The notes: a model not told the origin generated them from the sequence alone. DNA of 31,406 nucleotides from an uncultured bacterium (GCA_964463435.1 CAYXCT010000002.1:1-31406), one strand, 5' to 3'. Positions 1-13,611 are shown, counted from the stretch's first letter. Numbers and translations: made by a program.

Positions 1-1
1 G

Positions 2-847
2 CCCTATGCCATGCAAAGACTGATTGCCATGAAAAACCGTTTTCGGATCGCATGGGCCTGCGACACAGACCATGACCGCCATGGCATCGTGACACCAGGG
101 ACGGGCCTGCTACCCCCCAACCATTACCTTTCAGCCGCGGCCAGCTACCTGTTCCAGCACCGCCCGCGCTGGAGCAAGGGCGTGGCCGTGGGCAAGACCC
201 TGGTGAGCAGCCAGATGATAGACCGTGTGGCCACGAAGCTGGGGCGCAAGCTTTATGAGGTCCCGGTCGGCTTCAAGTGGTTCGTGGACGGGCTCTTGGA
301 CGGCTCCCTGGGCTTCGCGGGCGAGGAGAGCGCCGGCGCCAGTTTCTTGCGGCTCGACGGCAGCGTCTGGACCACGGACAAGGACGGGATTGTGCCGGCG
401 CTGCTCGCAGCCGAGATCTGCGCGCGCACCGGTCGGGACCCAGGGGAGCACTATCAGGACCTTGTGCGTGAATTCGGGGAGCCGGCCTATGCCTGCGTGG
501 AGGCGCCCGTTGATGCGGGGCAAAAGCTGCGCTTGGCGGCCCTAGAGGCGAACCCATCGGTGCTGACCGAGCTGGCCGGGGAAAAGGTAGCCTCGATCCT
601 CACCCGGGCGCCGGGCAATGGCGCACTCATTGGCGGGCTCAAAGTGTCGGCCCCTAGCGGCTGGTTCGCGGTGCGGCCCTCTGGGACCGAGGACACCTAC
701 AAGATCTACGGCGAGAGCTTCAAGGGCGCTGAGCACTTGTGCCAGATCTTGGAGGAGGCCCAGTCCTTTGTGGACAAAGCGCTGGCCGTAAAGCCGCGCC
801 GGGCGAAAAACTCTGGCCCGGCGAAGAAGGGGGCCAAGCATGCTTGA
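2..847 (+). CDS. pgm: Phosphoglucomutase, alpha-D-glucose-phosphate specific, C-terminal ~280 aa. The 5' end lies outside the window.
   Basis: The ORF is open to the window edge. It has the GEESAG sugar-binding loop and the [12 protein letters not shown] phosphate-binding motif. It is colinear with the E. coli Pgm C-terminus (…[16 protein letters not shown]…GGLKV…). Confidence 0.9.
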   Translation, partial: PYAMQRLIAMKNRFRIAWACDTDHDRHGIVTPGTGLLPPNHYLSAAASYLFQHRPRWSKGVAVGKTLVSSQMIDRVATKLGRKLYEVPVGFKWFVDGLLDGSLGFAGEESAGASFLRLDGSVWTTDKDGIVPALLAAEICARTGRDPGEHYQDLVREFGEPAYACVEAPVDAGQKLRLAALEANPSVLTELAGEKVASILTRAPGNGALIGGLKVSAPSGWFAVRPSGTEDTYKIYGESFKGAEHLCQILEEAQSFVDKALAVKPRRAKNSGPAKKGAKHA

Positions 848-3386
848 CGACAAATCTGTTGGGATGGATGGATGCGGCTCCACGGCCAGGGACGTGGGCG
901 GTTACGATGCGCTGGCCGGCTTGGCCTTGAACATGCGGGCTTCCTGGAACCACGCCGCCGACGACATCTGGCGCGGACTGGATCCGGCCCTGTGGGAGCG
1001 CACCCAAAACCCCTGGGTGGTCCTTCAGACGGTGTCCCGCGATAAAATCAAGCAGATGCTGGGGGATCCGGCTTTCCGGGCGCGCGTGGACGCGCTGGTG
1101 GAGGCCCGGAGCCGGGTCTTGAAGACCCCGGGCTGGTTCCAACGCGAGCACCCAAAGGCGCCCCTGCGCTGCGTCGCCTACTTCAGCATGGAATTCATGT
1201 TGAGCGAGGCCCTGCCCATCTATTCGGGCGGCCTGGGCAACGTGGCCGGGGACCAGTTGAAGGCCGCCAGCGACCTGGGCGTGCCCGTGGTGGGCGTGGG
1301 CCTGCTCTTTCAACAAGGCTATTTCCGCCAGGTGATCGGGCGTGTCGGCAGCCAGCAGGCATTCTACCCCTACAACGACCCCGGGCAGCTGCCCATCAGC
1401 CCCCTGCGGCAGGCCAATGGGGAATGGCTGCGCCTGGAGATCGCCTTGCCCGGCGGCTCCTTCTGGCTGCGGGCCTGGCAGGTCGAAGTCGGGCGCGTGC
1501 GGCTCTACCTCTTGGACAGCAACGATGCGGCCAACCATCCCATCCACCGCGGCATCATTAGCCAGCTTTACGGCGGCGGCCCCGAGCTGCGCCTGCAGCA
1601 GGAAATGGTGTTGGGCATGGGCGGCTGGCGCATGCTCACCGCTCTGGGCCTCAAGCCGGAGGTCTGCCATTTGAACGAAGGGCACGCGGCCTTTGCCGTG
1701 CTGGAGCGGGCCCACGCCTTCATGCAGGAGAGCGGGCTGCCCTTTGACGCGGCCCTGGACGCCACCCGGGCTGGCAACGTCTTCACCACGCACACGGCCG
1801 TGGCCGCGGGCTTCGACCTTTTTGAGCCCGCTCTGGCTGAACAGTATCTGACCCGCTACGCGGAAAAAAGGCTGGGCATCCCAGTCCAGGACCTGCTGGC
1901 GCTGGGCCGACGGGACCGCCATGACACATCGGAGCGCTTCAACATGGCCTACCTGGCGCTGCGCGGCTGCGCCGCGGTCAATGGCGTGAGCCAGCTCCAC
2001 GGCAAGGTCAGCCGCCAGATCTTCGCGCCCCTTTTCCCGGGTTGGCCCATCGCGGAAGTGCCGGTGGGCCATGTCACCAACGGCGTCCACATGCCCACCT
2101 GGGATTCGGCCCTGTCCGACAAGCTCTGGTCCGAAGCCTGCGGGAAGGACCGCTGGCTGGATACCAAGGCGGGGCTGGAGGAGGACATCCTACGGATCCC
2201 AGACGGCCAGCTCTGGCTCTTCAGGGCCGATTCGAGGAAGGCCTTGGTGGGCTACGCCCGGGACCGCTTGGCAGGTCAGCTGGCATCCTCGGGCATGCCG
2301 GCGCAGGCCGTGGAGGAGGCCAGGCTGCTCTTGGATCCGGACGCATTGACCCTGGGATTCGCGCGCCGCTTTGCGGCCTACAAGCGGCCCAATCTGCTGC
2401 TCAAGGACCGGGCCCGGCTGCTGCGGCTGCTCAGCAATCCCGGGCAGCCGGTGCAGCTGATCATCGCCGGCAAGGCGCATCCCGAGGACGGGACGGGCCA
2501 GGAGCTGATCCAAGAATGGATCAGCTTCATCCGCAGCCCGGCGGCCCGGCCCCACGTCATCTTCCTGTCGGACTACGACATGCATCTCACCGAACGCCTG
2601 GTGCAGGGCGTGGATGTGTGGGTCAACACGCCGCGCAGGCCGTGGGAGGCCTGCGGCACCAGCGGGATGAAGGTTCTCGTCAACGGCGGCCTCAACCTCT
2701 CTGAATTGGACGGATGGTGGGCCGAGGCCTATGCCAAGGGCCTCGGCTGGGCCTTGGGGGACGGTCGGGAGCACGGCGATGATCCGGCCAGGGACGCGGT
2801 CGAGGCGGATGCGCTTTATGGATTGCTGGAAAACGAAGTGATACCGGAGTTTTACACCCGGGGCGATGACGGCGTCCCCACCGCCTGGGTCGGCCGCATC
2901 CGGGCGAGCATGGCCAAATTGACGCCGCGTTTCTCCGCTGGGCGGGCTGTGCGGGACTACACGGAGGGCTACTACCTTCCCGCCGCAGAGCGCTTCGCCG
3001 CGCGGAGCGCCGGCAAGGGGGCGCTGGCTGCCCGCATCGCGGCTTGGCGCCGGGACTTGGACCAGAAATGGGGCGGCCTGCGTCTGGGCAAGATGAAGGT
3101 GCGAACCCCTGGCCAGGGTCGCTGCTTTGAGGTCGAGGCCCGCCTCAACGGGCTGGATCCTAAGGCCGTCAGGGTGGAGCTTTATGCCGAGGGGGCCGGA
3201 GGTGGCGCGCCTGAGCGCCACGTCATGGAGCCCGTTTCGGCCCCCTCGGGCGGGCCAGCCCTACTCTATGCCGCTCATGTGGGCGGCAGCCGACCGGACA
3301 CGGATTACACGGCCCGGGCATGGCCATGCTTTGAAGGCTTGGAGGGCCCTCTGGAGGAGGCCCGCGTGCTCTGGCAAAGCCGGTGA
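840..3386 (+). CDS. glgP: Alpha-glucan (glycogen/maltodextrin) phosphorylase, GT35 family, ~848 aa long form.
   Basis: The 848-aa ORF overlaps the pgm stop by 8 nt (ATG at 840). It has the PLP-lysine motif [27 protein letters not shown] and the N-terminal [24 protein letters not shown] phosphorylase signature. Confidence 0.9.
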   Translation: MLDDKSVGMDGCGSTARDVGGYDALAGLALNMRASWNHAADDIWRGLDPALWERTQNPWVVLQTVSRDKIKQMLGDPAFRARVDALVEARSRVLKTPGWFQREHPKAPLRCVAYFSMEFMLSEALPIYSGGLGNVAGDQLKAASDLGVPVVGVGLLFQQGYFRQVIGRVGSQQAFYPYNDPGQLPISPLRQANGEWLRLEIALPGGSFWLRAWQVEVGRVRLYLLDSNDAANHPIHRGIISQLYGGGPELRLQQEMVLGMGGWRMLTALGLKPEVCHLNEGHAAFAVLERAHAFMQESGLPFDAALDATRAGNVFTTHTAVAAGFDLFEPALAEQYLTRYAEKRLGIPVQDLLALGRRDRHDTSERFNMAYLALRGCAAVNGVSQLHGKVSRQIFAPLFPGWPIAEVPVGHVTNGVHMPTWDSALSDKLWSEACGKDRWLDTKAGLEEDILRIPDGQLWLFRADSRKALVGYARDRLAGQLASSGMPAQAVEEARLLLDPDALTLGFARRFAAYKRPNLLLKDRARLLRLLSNPGQPVQLIIAGKAHPEDGTGQELIQEWISFIRSPAARPHVIFLSDYDMHLTERLVQGVDVWVNTPRRPWEACGTSGMKVLVNGGLNLSELDGWWAEAYAKGLGWALGDGREHGDDPARDAVEADALYGLLENEVIPEFYTRGDDGVPTAWVGRIRASMAKLTPRFSAGRAVRDYTEGYYLPAAERFAARSAGKGALAARIAAWRRDLDQKWGGLRLGKMKVRTPGQGRCFEVEARLNGLDPKAVRVELYAEGAGGGAPERHVMEPVSAPSGGPALLYAAHVGGSRPDTDYTARAWPCFEGLEGPLEEARVLWQSR

Positions 3387-3602
3387 GGGCCCCCAGCGGG
3401 ACCTTGGCGACTATCTGTCGCAGGCCACCGAGCGCGCTGACCGAGCCGGGAATGATTTTCCGTGAAAATGAGTGCTTCCATTGGGAATAAGCGAGTCTAG
3501 CAGGACATATAAGGATGAGGCATTTTCTTTTCGCATTTTTCAAGTCCGCAAAGCTTGACGTAAATTTTAGCCCTTCCTTGGCTGATTTATGAGGAATCTC
3601 CC

Positions 3603-4209
3603 ATGAGCATGCAAGAAATAGTGGCCACGGCAAAGGCTTTGATGGCAGAAGGCTGCGGTATTTTGGCCATGGATGAGAGCATCAACACCTGTGACCGCCG
3701 TTTCGAGGCCCTCGGCATCCCCCAAACCATTGAAATGCGACGTGACTACAAGTGCTGATGGATGGCGATCACAATATGCGGCGTTGTTACTGGGTCACCG
3801 AAATGGTCTTGCACGCTGTCTTTGCCGAGCTTGACGCCCAACGGGTCGAGCTGGAAGGCATGTTGCTAAAACCCAACATGGTGCTCCCTGGCAGGGCCTC
3901 GGCCGAACAGGTAAGCGTGCATGAGGTGGCCAACGCTACAGTGCAATGCTTGTTAGCATCCGTGCCTGCAGCGGTGTCTGGAATCGCCTTCTTATCTGGG
4001 GCCAGATCCCTGAGCTGGCCACGGATCGGTTGTCGATCATGAATAGGCCTTTTTGTGACAGGCTGCCTTGGCGCTTGACCTTCTTATTTTCCCGCGCACT
4101 GCAGGAGCCTGTGCTTTCCTTCCGGAAGGGAGATCCGGCTCGTGCGGCCCAAGCCCAGCAGGTGCTACTTGAACGGGCAGCCGCCAATTCCATAGCGAGT
4201 AGGAGCTAA
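3603..4209 (+). pseudogene. Class I fructose-bisphosphate aldolase pseudogene. It has a ~170-codon internal deletion and at least two frameshifts.
   Basis: Three reading-frame pieces align in order to class I FBA. Piece 1, about 3603-3758 (frame 0), reads ILAMDES…EMRRDYK, matching ILAADESTG…ENRRFY. Piece 2, 3752-4042 (frame 2), reads DGDH…LEGMLLKPNMV…AAVSGIAFLSGA, matching DGDHDL…LEGTLLKPNMV…PAVTGVTFLSGG and including the Schiff-base Lys region. Piece 3, 3946-4209 (frame 1), reads GQIPELA…LTFLFSRALQ…ERAAANS, matching GQSEEEA…LTFSYGRALQ…KRALANS. The total is ~600 nt versus ~1050 nt expected. The local GC is much lower than in the flanking DNA, and an intact GAGGAA RBS lies upstream. Confidence 0.85.
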
Positions 4210-4281
4210 CCCTTTGGCGGCCATGAGACGGCGCAGTTCAGACCTAAGAATTCACTCAATCTACCGTGGGGGAGGCGCGAC

Positions 4282-5052
4282 ATGTTGGACACAGCCAAGT
4301 CACTCAAGGGCTACCGTCTGCAGGGCAAGGATGGGAGCTTAGGCAAGGTCGAAGAATTCTACTTCGACGACAAGCATTGGGCGGTCCGTTATCTAGTGGC
4401 TGATACAGGGGGGTGGCTATCAGGCCGGCAAGTCCTGATAGCCCCGCATGCGTTGGGCACCGTTGACCGGCAGGCACGGGCTATTTTAGTTCATTTAACA
4501 AAAAAACAGATTGAGGGAAGCCCATCCCTCGATACGGACAAGCCGATCTCAAAACAATTTCAAGAATCTTACTATTCATACTACGGGTGGCCGATCTATT
4601 GGAGCGGGATCTCTATGTGGGGGGTCTCTCCCTATCTCATTCCTGAGCCCCGGAAATCCCCGGTCATGGCGGAGAAGCATGATGCCTGGGATCCGCATCT
4701 GCGCAGCACCCGCCATGTCACCGGGTTCACCGTGGCCGCAAAGGATGGGGAAATCGGCCATATCGAAGATTTCGTCATTGATGATGAATCCTGGGCCATC
4801 CGCTACCTTGTTGTCGCCACCCACGATTGGTGGCCGGGGAAAAAGGTCCTGGTTTCACCGAAATGGATCGAGCGCATCACCTGGGACCCCATGGGGACCA
4901 TGAAGGTCAATCTGAGCCGCGACGCCCTCAAAAGCTCCCCGGAATATACCGACGTTTCCCTGCTGACCCGGGATCATGAGAAAGAGCTGCACCTGCATTA
5001 TAAGGTCCCGGAATATTGGGCTAAAGAAAAGCCTGCCCAGAGTCCCCGCTAG
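4282..5052 (+). CDS. Tandem PRC-barrel domain protein.
   Basis: Two ~90-aa halves share the pattern GKDGSLGKVEEFYFDDKHWAVRYLVADTGGW and AKDGEIGHIEDFVIDDESWAIRYLVVATHDWW, which is typical PRC-barrel signature spacing. A GGGGGAGG RBS lies 6 nt upstream. Confidence 0.65.
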   Translation: MLDTAKSLKGYRLQGKDGSLGKVEEFYFDDKHWAVRYLVADTGGWLSGRQVLIAPHALGTVDRQARAILVHLTKKQIEGSPSLDTDKPISKQFQESYYSYYGWPIYWSGISMWGVSPYLIPEPRKSPVMAEKHDAWDPHLRSTRHVTGFTVAAKDGEIGHIEDFVIDDESWAIRYLVVATHDWWPGKKVLVSPKWIERITWDPMGTMKVNLSRDALKSSPEYTDVSLLTRDHEKELHLHYKVPEYWAKEKPAQSPR

Positions 5053-5126
5053 GTTTCACTGCTTGAGGAGCCATCCGCGGGCGGAGCAAGGTCAAATTCA
5101 AACACAACTCTTTCAAGAGGTTGTTA

Positions 5127-7797
<2,671 letters not shown>

Positions 7798-7811
<14 letters not shown>

Positions 7812-8133
7812 GGGCCCCGGGCTGGAGCCGACCGGGACGCCCTTGGGCCGGGCCATCGGCGCCAAGGCCGCGCGCAAGCTAAGGGCTCAAGGCCAGGCTC
7901 AGACGGTTTGGTTTGGGCTGGGAATGATGGGCCTGATCGGCTGGTCAGTGGCCATCCCGACCCTCTTGGGGGTCGCGCTTGGCCTCTGGCTCGACCGGGA
8001 GCAATCCGGGGGGCATTCCTGGACCTTGGCCCTGCTGGCTGCCGGGTTGGCGCTGGGCTGCTTGAACGCCTGGCATTGGATGGGCCAGCAGGACCGCGAG
8101 ATGGGGGAGGACCGTGGCGATGACAAGCCGTGA
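7798..8133 (+). CDS. atpQ: N-ATPase AtpQ (AtpZ/AtpI-like small membrane protein).
   Basis: It is 111 aa with two hydrophobic helices. It sits at the position between epsilon and AtpR that is typical of N-ATPase operons. Confidence 0.7.
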
Positions 8134-8425
8134 AGCCTGGGCCTGGGCGCTGTCCTTGGGGGGAGGGGGGCTATTGGGGGTGATGTATTTCGGCGGCCTC
8201 TGGTGGACCGTGCGCCGCGGCGTCAGCTCGGCCTTTCCCGGCCTGTGGTTCTCCGTCAGCCTCTTCTTGCGCTTGGGCGCGGCCCTGGCGGGTTTCTACC
8301 TGGCCTCGCGGCTTGGCGCCGGCGCCCTCTTGGCCTGCTTTTTGGGATTCATCGCGGCTAGGATGGCCGTAATGCGCGGCACACGGCAGGGCCAGGCGCC
8401 TCTGGAGGCCCGCCATGCGCCTTAG
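8114..8425 (+). CDS. atpR: N-ATPase AtpR (small membrane protein with a conserved Arg in TM1).
   Basis: It is 103 aa with two TM helices. It has an Arg pair in the first helix (WWTVRRG). It lies immediately upstream of the a subunit. Confidence 0.7.
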   Translation: MAMTSREAWAWALSLGGGGLLGVMYFGGLWWTVRRGVSSAFPGLWFSVSLFLRLGAALAGFYLASRLGAGALLACFLGFIAARMAVMRGTRQGQAPLEARHAP

Positions 8426-9104
8426 CCCGGATGAACTGGTCTTTTGGCATCATGGGTTCTTCAAGCTCAATGCCACCATCGCCTACACCTGGGCCCTGAT
8501 GCTGGTGCTGGTGATCGGGTCTAAATGGGCCACCCGGCGCTTGTCCAGCGGTCCTAAGCGCTCCCGCACCCAGGATGTGCTGGAGATCCTTGTCCTGGCC
8601 ATGGAAAAGCAGATGGAAGAGCTTGGCCTGAAGGACTCCAAGGCCTACCTCGGCTTCTTGGGCACCCTTTTCCTCTTTGTGGCCCTGGCCAGCCTCTCGA
8701 GCGTGGCCCCGGGCTTTGATCCCCCGACCGCATCGCTTTCGACCACCACGGCGCTTGCGCTCTGCGTCTTTGTGGCCGTGCCCTTCTTCGGCATCAGCAA
8801 GCAGGGCTTTGGCGCCTACCTGAAGACCTACACCAAGCCCACCATCATCATGCTGCCCTTCAACGTCATCAGCGAGCTTTCCAGGACCCTGGCCCTGGCC
8901 GTCCGCCTTTTCGGCAACATGATGAGCGGCGCCATGATCGTCGCCATCCTCCTGACCATCACGCCCTTTGTGTTCCCAGTCTTGATGACAGTGCTGGGTC
9001 TGCTCACGGGCATGGTGCAGGCCTATATCTTCAGCATCCTCGCGGCGGTGTACATCGCCGCGGCCACCCGGTCCCGCCAGCCTGCGGCAAAAGCCGCTGC
9101 CTGA
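8415..9104 (+). CDS. atpB: N-type ATPase a subunit.
   Basis: It is 229 aa and polytopic. It has the conserved stator Arg motif LAVRLFGNM. Confidence 0.88.
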   Translation: MRLSPDELVFWHHGFFKLNATIAYTWALMLVLVIGSKWATRRLSSGPKRSRTQDVLEILVLAMEKQMEELGLKDSKAYLGFLGTLFLFVALASLSSVAPGFDPPTASLSTTTALALCVFVAVPFFGISKQGFGAYLKTYTKPTIIMLPFNVISELSRTLALAVRLFGNMMSGAMIVAILLTITPFVFPVLMTVLGLLTGMVQAYIFSILAAVYIAAATRSRQPAAKAAA

Positions 9105-9132
9105 CCCGGCATTCCTAACACCAGGAGGATCC

Positions 9133-9414
9133 ATGGACAGCATGACAATCATCGCGGTGGCATCCATCGCCGTCGCCGGCACCACCACCGGCTTCGGCAC
9201 CATGGGGCCCGCGTTCTCGGAAGGCCGGGCGGTGGCGGCGGCCTTGACGGCGCTGGCCCAGCAGCCGGATGCCTCTTCCACCATCACGCGCACCCTCTTC
9301 GTGGGCTTGGCCATGATCGAGTCCACGGCCATCTATTGCTTTGTGGTCTCCATGATCCTTATCTTTGCCAACCCCTTCTGGAACCATGTGATCAGCGCCA
9401 CGGCCGGGAAATAA
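9133..9414 (+). CDS. atpE: N-type ATPase c subunit (Na+-binding type).
   Basis: It is a 93-aa hairpin. Helix 1 reads …FSEGRAV…ALAQQPD and helix 2 reads …GLAMIESTAIY…. This gives the Q, E-S-T and Y Na+ ligand set, as in Ilyobacter c (ARQPEA / AESTGIY), plus an extra helix-1 Glu. Confidence 0.88.
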   Translation: MDSMTIIAVASIAVAGTTTGFGTMGPAFSEGRAVAAALTALAQQPDASSTITRTLFVGLAMIESTAIYCFVVSMILIFANPFWNHVISATAGK

Positions 9415-9417
9415 GCC

Positions 9418-10224
9418 GTGATGATCGATTGGTTCACCGTCGCGGCCCAGGCGGTCAATCTGCTCATCCTGGTCTGGCTGCTGAAGCGCTTTCTCTACAA
9501 GCCAGTGCTCAAGGCCATCGACGAGCGCGAGAAGTCGGTCGCTGCCGCCGTGGCCGACGCAGAGGCGAAGCGGTCTGAGGCGCTGAAGGAGCAGGAAGAG
9601 TTCAAGCGCAAGAACAGCGAATTTGATGCCCAGCGCGCGGCCTTGCTGGCCCAGGCCGCGGCCGATGCAGCGGCTGAGAGCCTGGGCCTGAAGAACGAGG
9701 CCCAGAAGGCGGCCGATGCCTTGGCGGCAAAGCAGAAGGGCTCGATGCTGAGCGCTGCCCAAGCGCTGGACAGTGCGGTGGGGCTGAAGGTTCGGCAAGA
9801 GGTCTTTGCCATCGCCCGCAAGGCGCTGGGGGAGCTGGCGGGCGCTGGCTTGGAGGAGCGCATGGTGGCGGTGTTCCTGCGCCGCCTGCAGGGCTTGAAT
9901 GGGCAGGCCAAGGCCACCCTCGCTCAGGCCTTGCAAGCCGGCCCGGCCCTGCTGCAGAGCGCCGTGGACCTGGCGCCAGAGCAGCGGGCGGCCATCCAGA
10001 AGGGCTTGAACGAGGCTTTTTCCGCGGACATCCGCTTGAGCTTCAAGGCCGCGCCTGAGCTGGGCGGGGGCATCGAGCTGATGGCCCATGGGCAGAAGCT
10101 GGCTTGGACCATCGACGATTACCTTGGGTCTTTGCAGGGCGATGTCGCCCGCCTGCTCGAAGCGGGCGGGCCGCAAGGCGCCCCCGCTGACAAGGCTGCT
10201 CCCGCGCCCGCGGCGAAGCCATGA
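9418..10224 (+). CDS. atpF: N-type ATPase b subunit with a delta-like C-terminus (b-delta fusion).
   Basis: It is 268 aa with an N-terminal TM helix and an Ala/Glu-rich coiled coil. Its C-terminus, [32 protein letters not shown], resembles the OSCP/delta C-terminal motif. No separate atpH is present. It starts GTG-ATG at 9418/9421. Confidence 0.8.
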   Translation: MMIDWFTVAAQAVNLLILVWLLKRFLYKPVLKAIDEREKSVAAAVADAEAKRSEALKEQEEFKRKNSEFDAQRAALLAQAAADAAAESLGLKNEAQKAADALAAKQKGSMLSAAQALDSAVGLKVRQEVFAIARKALGELAGAGLEERMVAVFLRRLQGLNGQAKATLAQALQAGPALLQSAVDLAPEQRAAIQKGLNEAFSADIRLSFKAAPELGGGIELMAHGQKLAWTIDDYLGSLQGDVARLLEAGGPQGAPADKAAPAPAAKP

Positions 10225-11801
10225 GCGCTGATGAGGCAGGCCTTCAAGCTGTTTTGGATGGGGCCTTTGGCCGCCTCGGCCGCGCCCGCGAGGCCTTTGT
10301 CCCAGGGTTCAAGCCGGTGGAGATGGGCTTGGTCGCCCGCGTGGCCACGGCCATCGCCCAGGTGAGCGGGCTCCCAGGGGCCGGTTTTGAGGAGATGCTG
10401 CTCTTCCCCAAGGATGTCTTGGGAATCGCCTTCAACGTGGGCACGGATGAGATCGGCGTGGTGCTGCTGGGTGATTACGCGCTGATCCAGGCCGGGGATG
10501 AGGTCCAGCGCTCCGGGCGGGTCATGGACGTGGGCGTGGGCGAAGCCCTGCTGGGGCGGGTCATCGACCCGCTGGGCCACCCCCTGGATGGCCGTGCTGC
10601 GCCCGCGACCACCCAGCGCCTGCCCATTGAGAGGCCCGCGCCCGCCATCATGGACCGGGCCGCGGTCAGCGTGCCCTTGCAGACCGGCCTCAAGGTGATG
10701 GACGCGCTGGTGCCCGTGGGCCGGGGCCAGCGCGAGCTGATCTTGGGAGACCGCCAGACCGGCAAGACTGCCATCGCCTTGGACGCCATCTTCAATCAAA
10801 AGGGGCGCAACGTCGTCTGCGTCTATTGCGCCATTGGGCAGCGCGCCTCGGCCGTGGCCAAGACCATCGCCACCCTGGGCAGAAAGGGCGCGCTGGACTA
10901 TTGCGTGGTGGTGGTGGCAGAGGGCAATGACCCGCCGGGGCTGTCCTACATCGCCCCCTATGCCGCCACCAGCATCGCTGAATTTTTCATGGAAGCGGGC
11001 CGCGATGTGCTGATCGTTTACGACGATCTCACCCATCATGCCCGGGCCTACCGCGAGCTGTCGCTCCTGCTGCGCCGCCCGCCGGGGAGGGAAGCCTTTC
11101 CTGGCGACATCTTCTACATCCATTCGCGCCTGCTGGAGCGATCCACGCATCTCAGGCAGGAACGGGGCGGCGGCTCGCTCACTGCCCTGCCCATCATCGA
11201 GACTGAAGCGCAGGACATCTCCGCCTACATCCCCACCAACCTCATCTCCATCACCGATGGCCAGATCTATCTCTCCCCCACGCTCTTTGAGCTGGGGGCG
11301 CTTCCCGCAGTGGATGTGGCCAAGTCGGTCTCGCGGGTGGGCGGCCAGGCCCAGCATCCCGCTTACCGGGCCGTGGCAGGGGACTTGAAACTTGCCTATT
11401 CTCAATTTGAAGAGCTGGAGACCTTTGCCCGCTTTGGCACCCACATGGATGAAGCCACCCGCGCCGTCATCGACCACGGACGGCGCATCCGGGCTTGCTT
11501 GAAGCAGCCGGAGTTCCAACCCGTGGCCGTGCCGGTGCAAATCGCCATCTTGCTGGCCTTGGGCGGCAAACTGTTCGATCTAGTGCCCTTGGAAAAGATG
11601 GAAGATGCGGAACGCGCCGTTTGCGTGGAAGCTGCCAAGCTGCCGGGCGAGCTGAACGCGCGGTTGGAAGGCGGTGAGGAGATGCGCGATGCCGACCGAA
11701 AGACCGTGATGGACATGGCGCGCGCAGCCTTGGAACCCTTTCGGGCCAAGCCGGAAGCAAAGCCAGAAGCGCAAGCCCCCCAGCCTGCGGAAAAGCCATG
11801 A
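10221..11801 (+). CDS. atpA: N-type ATPase alpha subunit.
   Basis: It has the Walker A motif GDRQTGKT. It is 526 aa and overlaps the atpF stop. The C-terminus has a AKPEAKPE tail. Confidence 0.92.
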   Translation: MSADEAGLQAVLDGAFGRLGRAREAFVPGFKPVEMGLVARVATAIAQVSGLPGAGFEEMLLFPKDVLGIAFNVGTDEIGVVLLGDYALIQAGDEVQRSGRVMDVGVGEALLGRVIDPLGHPLDGRAAPATTQRLPIERPAPAIMDRAAVSVPLQTGLKVMDALVPVGRGQRELILGDRQTGKTAIALDAIFNQKGRNVVCVYCAIGQRASAVAKTIATLGRKGALDYCVVVVAEGNDPPGLSYIAPYAATSIAEFFMEAGRDVLIVYDDLTHHARAYRELSLLLRRPPGREAFPGDIFYIHSRLLERSTHLRQERGGGSLTALPIIETEAQDISAYIPTNLISITDGQIYLSPTLFELGALPAVDVAKSVSRVGGQAQHPAYRAVAGDLKLAYSQFEELETFARFGTHMDEATRAVIDHGRRIRACLKQPEFQPVAVPVQIAILLALGGKLFDLVPLEKMEDAERAVCVEAAKLPGELNARLEGGEEMRDADRKTVMDMARAALEPFRAKPEAKPEAQAPQPAEKP

Positions 11802-12682
11802 GCAACGACACGGCCAGGCTGCGCGACAAGATGCGGAGCGCTGGAGAGCTGCAGGGGGTGGTCAGCGCCATGAAGGCCTTGGCGGCCTCGAGCATTGGCC
11901 AATATGAGCGCTCCGTGGCCGCGTTAGGCGATTATAGCCATGCCTTGGAATTGGCCCTGGGCGCCTGCCTCAGGACCGGCGGCTTTTCTGCGGCTACTGC
12001 CCGGGCAAATCGCGCGGGCACCCAAGCCAATGCCTGTGCCTTGATCTTTGGCTCTGATCAGGGCTTGGTGGGCCAGTTCAATGAGCTGGTCGTGGAATGC
12101 GCCGCCAAGGCATTGGCGGCCCGTGGCGGCAAGATGGAGGTCTGGACGGTCGGGGAAAGGGCGCATGACCGCCTTGAGGAGGCCGGCTTTCCCCCCAAGC
12201 AGGGCTTTTCGGTGCCGGGCTCGGTCAAGGCCATCGTTCCCCTGGTGGGGCATATCCTCGCTGCCGCTGAGGCCTTGCATGGCCGAGATGGGGCCGGTGA
12301 ATTGTGGCTTTTCTTCAACCGGCCGTCCACCGGGGCGGCTTTTGGCCCGGTGGGCCAGCAACTGCTGCCGCTGGACGAAAAATGGGCTCGCCGGATGGCT
12401 GCCATACCCTGGCCGAGCAAGCTCCCGCCTCAGACCCTGGGGGAGGGTGGCACGGTCCTTCGGCAGCTTATCCGCGGGCACCTTTTCGTGTCGCTCTTCC
12501 GCGCCTGCGCTGAATCGCTCGCCAGCGAAAACGCCAGCCGCTTAGCGGCCATGCAGCGGGCGGACAAGAACATCAAGGACCGGCTGGAAGAGCTTCAAGT
12601 GCGCTTTCATCGCATGCGGCAGGGCGGGATTGATGAGGAGCTGTTTGACGTCATCTCGGGCTTTGAGGCCCTCAATCACTAG
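11798..12682 (+). CDS. atpG: N-type ATPase gamma subunit.
   Basis: It is 294 aa. Its C-terminus, [22 protein letters not shown]…[15 protein letters not shown], matches the gamma-subunit consensus. Confidence 0.85.
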   Translation: MSNDTARLRDKMRSAGELQGVVSAMKALAASSIGQYERSVAALGDYSHALELALGACLRTGGFSAATARANRAGTQANACALIFGSDQGLVGQFNELVVECAAKALAARGGKMEVWTVGERAHDRLEEAGFPPKQGFSVPGSVKAIVPLVGHILAAAEALHGRDGAGELWLFFNRPSTGAAFGPVGQQLLPLDEKWARRMAAIPWPSKLPPQTLGEGGTVLRQLIRGHLFVSLFRACAESLASENASRLAAMQRADKNIKDRLEELQVRFHRMRQGGIDEELFDVISGFEALNH

Positions 12683-12737
12683 TCCCGGCCGCATTGGCGG
12701 CTGCGGGCCTGGATTTGGCCTTGCAGAAACATAAAAA

Positions 12738-12785
12738 GGAAGCCTCCGCGTCAGCAGAGGCTTCCTTGAATGCTTGGTTTTGCTG
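12738..12785. terminator. Bidirectional rho-independent terminator between atpG (+) and pirin (-).
   Basis: There is a perfect 9-bp stem, GGAAGCCTC…GAGGCTTCC, with a 10-nt loop. An A-rich run (ATAAAAA) lies on one side and a T-containing run (TTGAATGCTTGGTTTT) on the other. Confidence 0.6.
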
Positions 12786-12813
12786 CTCTAGCCGGCGTGG
12801 TGATTGGGACTTG

Positions 12814-13611
12814 CTAGGCCGGTTCGCCGTTCGCCAAGAAGAGCCGCACTCCCATGGAGGTCGACTGGACAGTCACGCCCTCCCCCGGGCCCAGCATGCC
12901 CATGTCTTCCGCGCTTAGAAAGGCGCGATTCCCGCCGAAATGGCCCGCGCCCTCTGTGACGCAGACAAAAGCCTGCCTGCCTAGGACAGCGGGCAGATGC
13001 ACCTTGCGATCAGGGTCGACCCGGATCTCCAGGAAGGTGAAGCGGTTCAAGGTCTTCACTGGCGATAGCCCCCCGACCAAAATGGCCAGGTCGTAATCCG
13101 GTTTGCGCTCGTGGGGCAGGCTCTCGCTAGGATAGGCTTGATATTGCGGGGGCGCCTTGCAGGATGCAGCAGGCAGCTGCAAAGTCAGCTGATAGGCCTT
13201 GAACCCCCCCCGTGCCAAGGTGTGCTCCTGGTGCCAGATCCCGCTGCCGGTCATCTGGTACTCCACGCTTCCCTGCAAGAGCACGTGGGTCGCCAGGCCG
13301 CGGCTCTCGTGGCGGTAGGACCCTTCTGTCAGCACCGTCACCAGCTCAAGCCCGGAATGAGGGTGAAGGCCCGTCCCTCCCGCGCCCTCAGGCATGCTCA
13401 GCCAGCCAAAATGCTGAAATGGCTTCATGTGAGCCTGGCCCCCAATGGGGAACCAATCCCATGTCACCTTCCCGCCTTCGTGGGCCTTCTTGAGCGGCTT
13501 CAGCACCTTCAGGACATCCCGGTTCTCAGCTTGCTTGGGCAGCAAGGGCATCGGCTCAACTTCGCTATCCGCCTCATTGCCTGAGCGCAATTCTGTGATG
13601 AAATTGCTCAT
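12814..13611 (-). CDS. Pirin-family (cupin) protein.
   Basis: It has the HPHSGLE motif (pirin HPHRGFE) and is 265 aa. Confidence 0.8.
   Translation of the reverse strand: MSNFITELRSGNEADSEVEPMPLLPKQAENRDVLKVLKPLKKAHEGGKVTWDWFPIGGQAHMKPFQHFGWLSMPEGAGGTGLHPHSGLELVTVLTEGSYRHESRGLATHVLLQGSVEYQMTGSGIWHQEHTLARGGFKAYQLTLQLPAASCKAPPQYQAYPSESLPHERKPDYDLAILVGGLSPVKTLNRFTFLEIRVDPDRKVHLPAVLGRQAFVCVTEGAGHFGGNRAFLSAEDMGMLGPGEGVTVQSTSMGVRLFLANGEPA

Noticed and set aside
720-2090. Long antisense ORFs opposite well-supported genes. Examples are 720-2090(-), 2190-3221(-), 5894-7423(-), 8358-9332(-), 9115-10176(-), 10119-11540(-), 14880-15806(+), 23890-25335(+), 25336-26361(+), 28070-29392(-) and 29941-31320(+).
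   Set aside because: They are typical stop-codon-poor shadow ORFs in high-GC DNA. Their translations are low-complexity and Ala/Arg/Gly/Pro-rich, with no recognisable motifs. The opposite-strand genes have clear family signatures.
3223-3633. The 136-aa minus-strand ORF across the aldolase leader.
   Set aside because: It overlaps the promoter, RBS and start of the aldolase remnant. It has no motif and atypical composition, so it is a likely chance ORF in AT-richer DNA.
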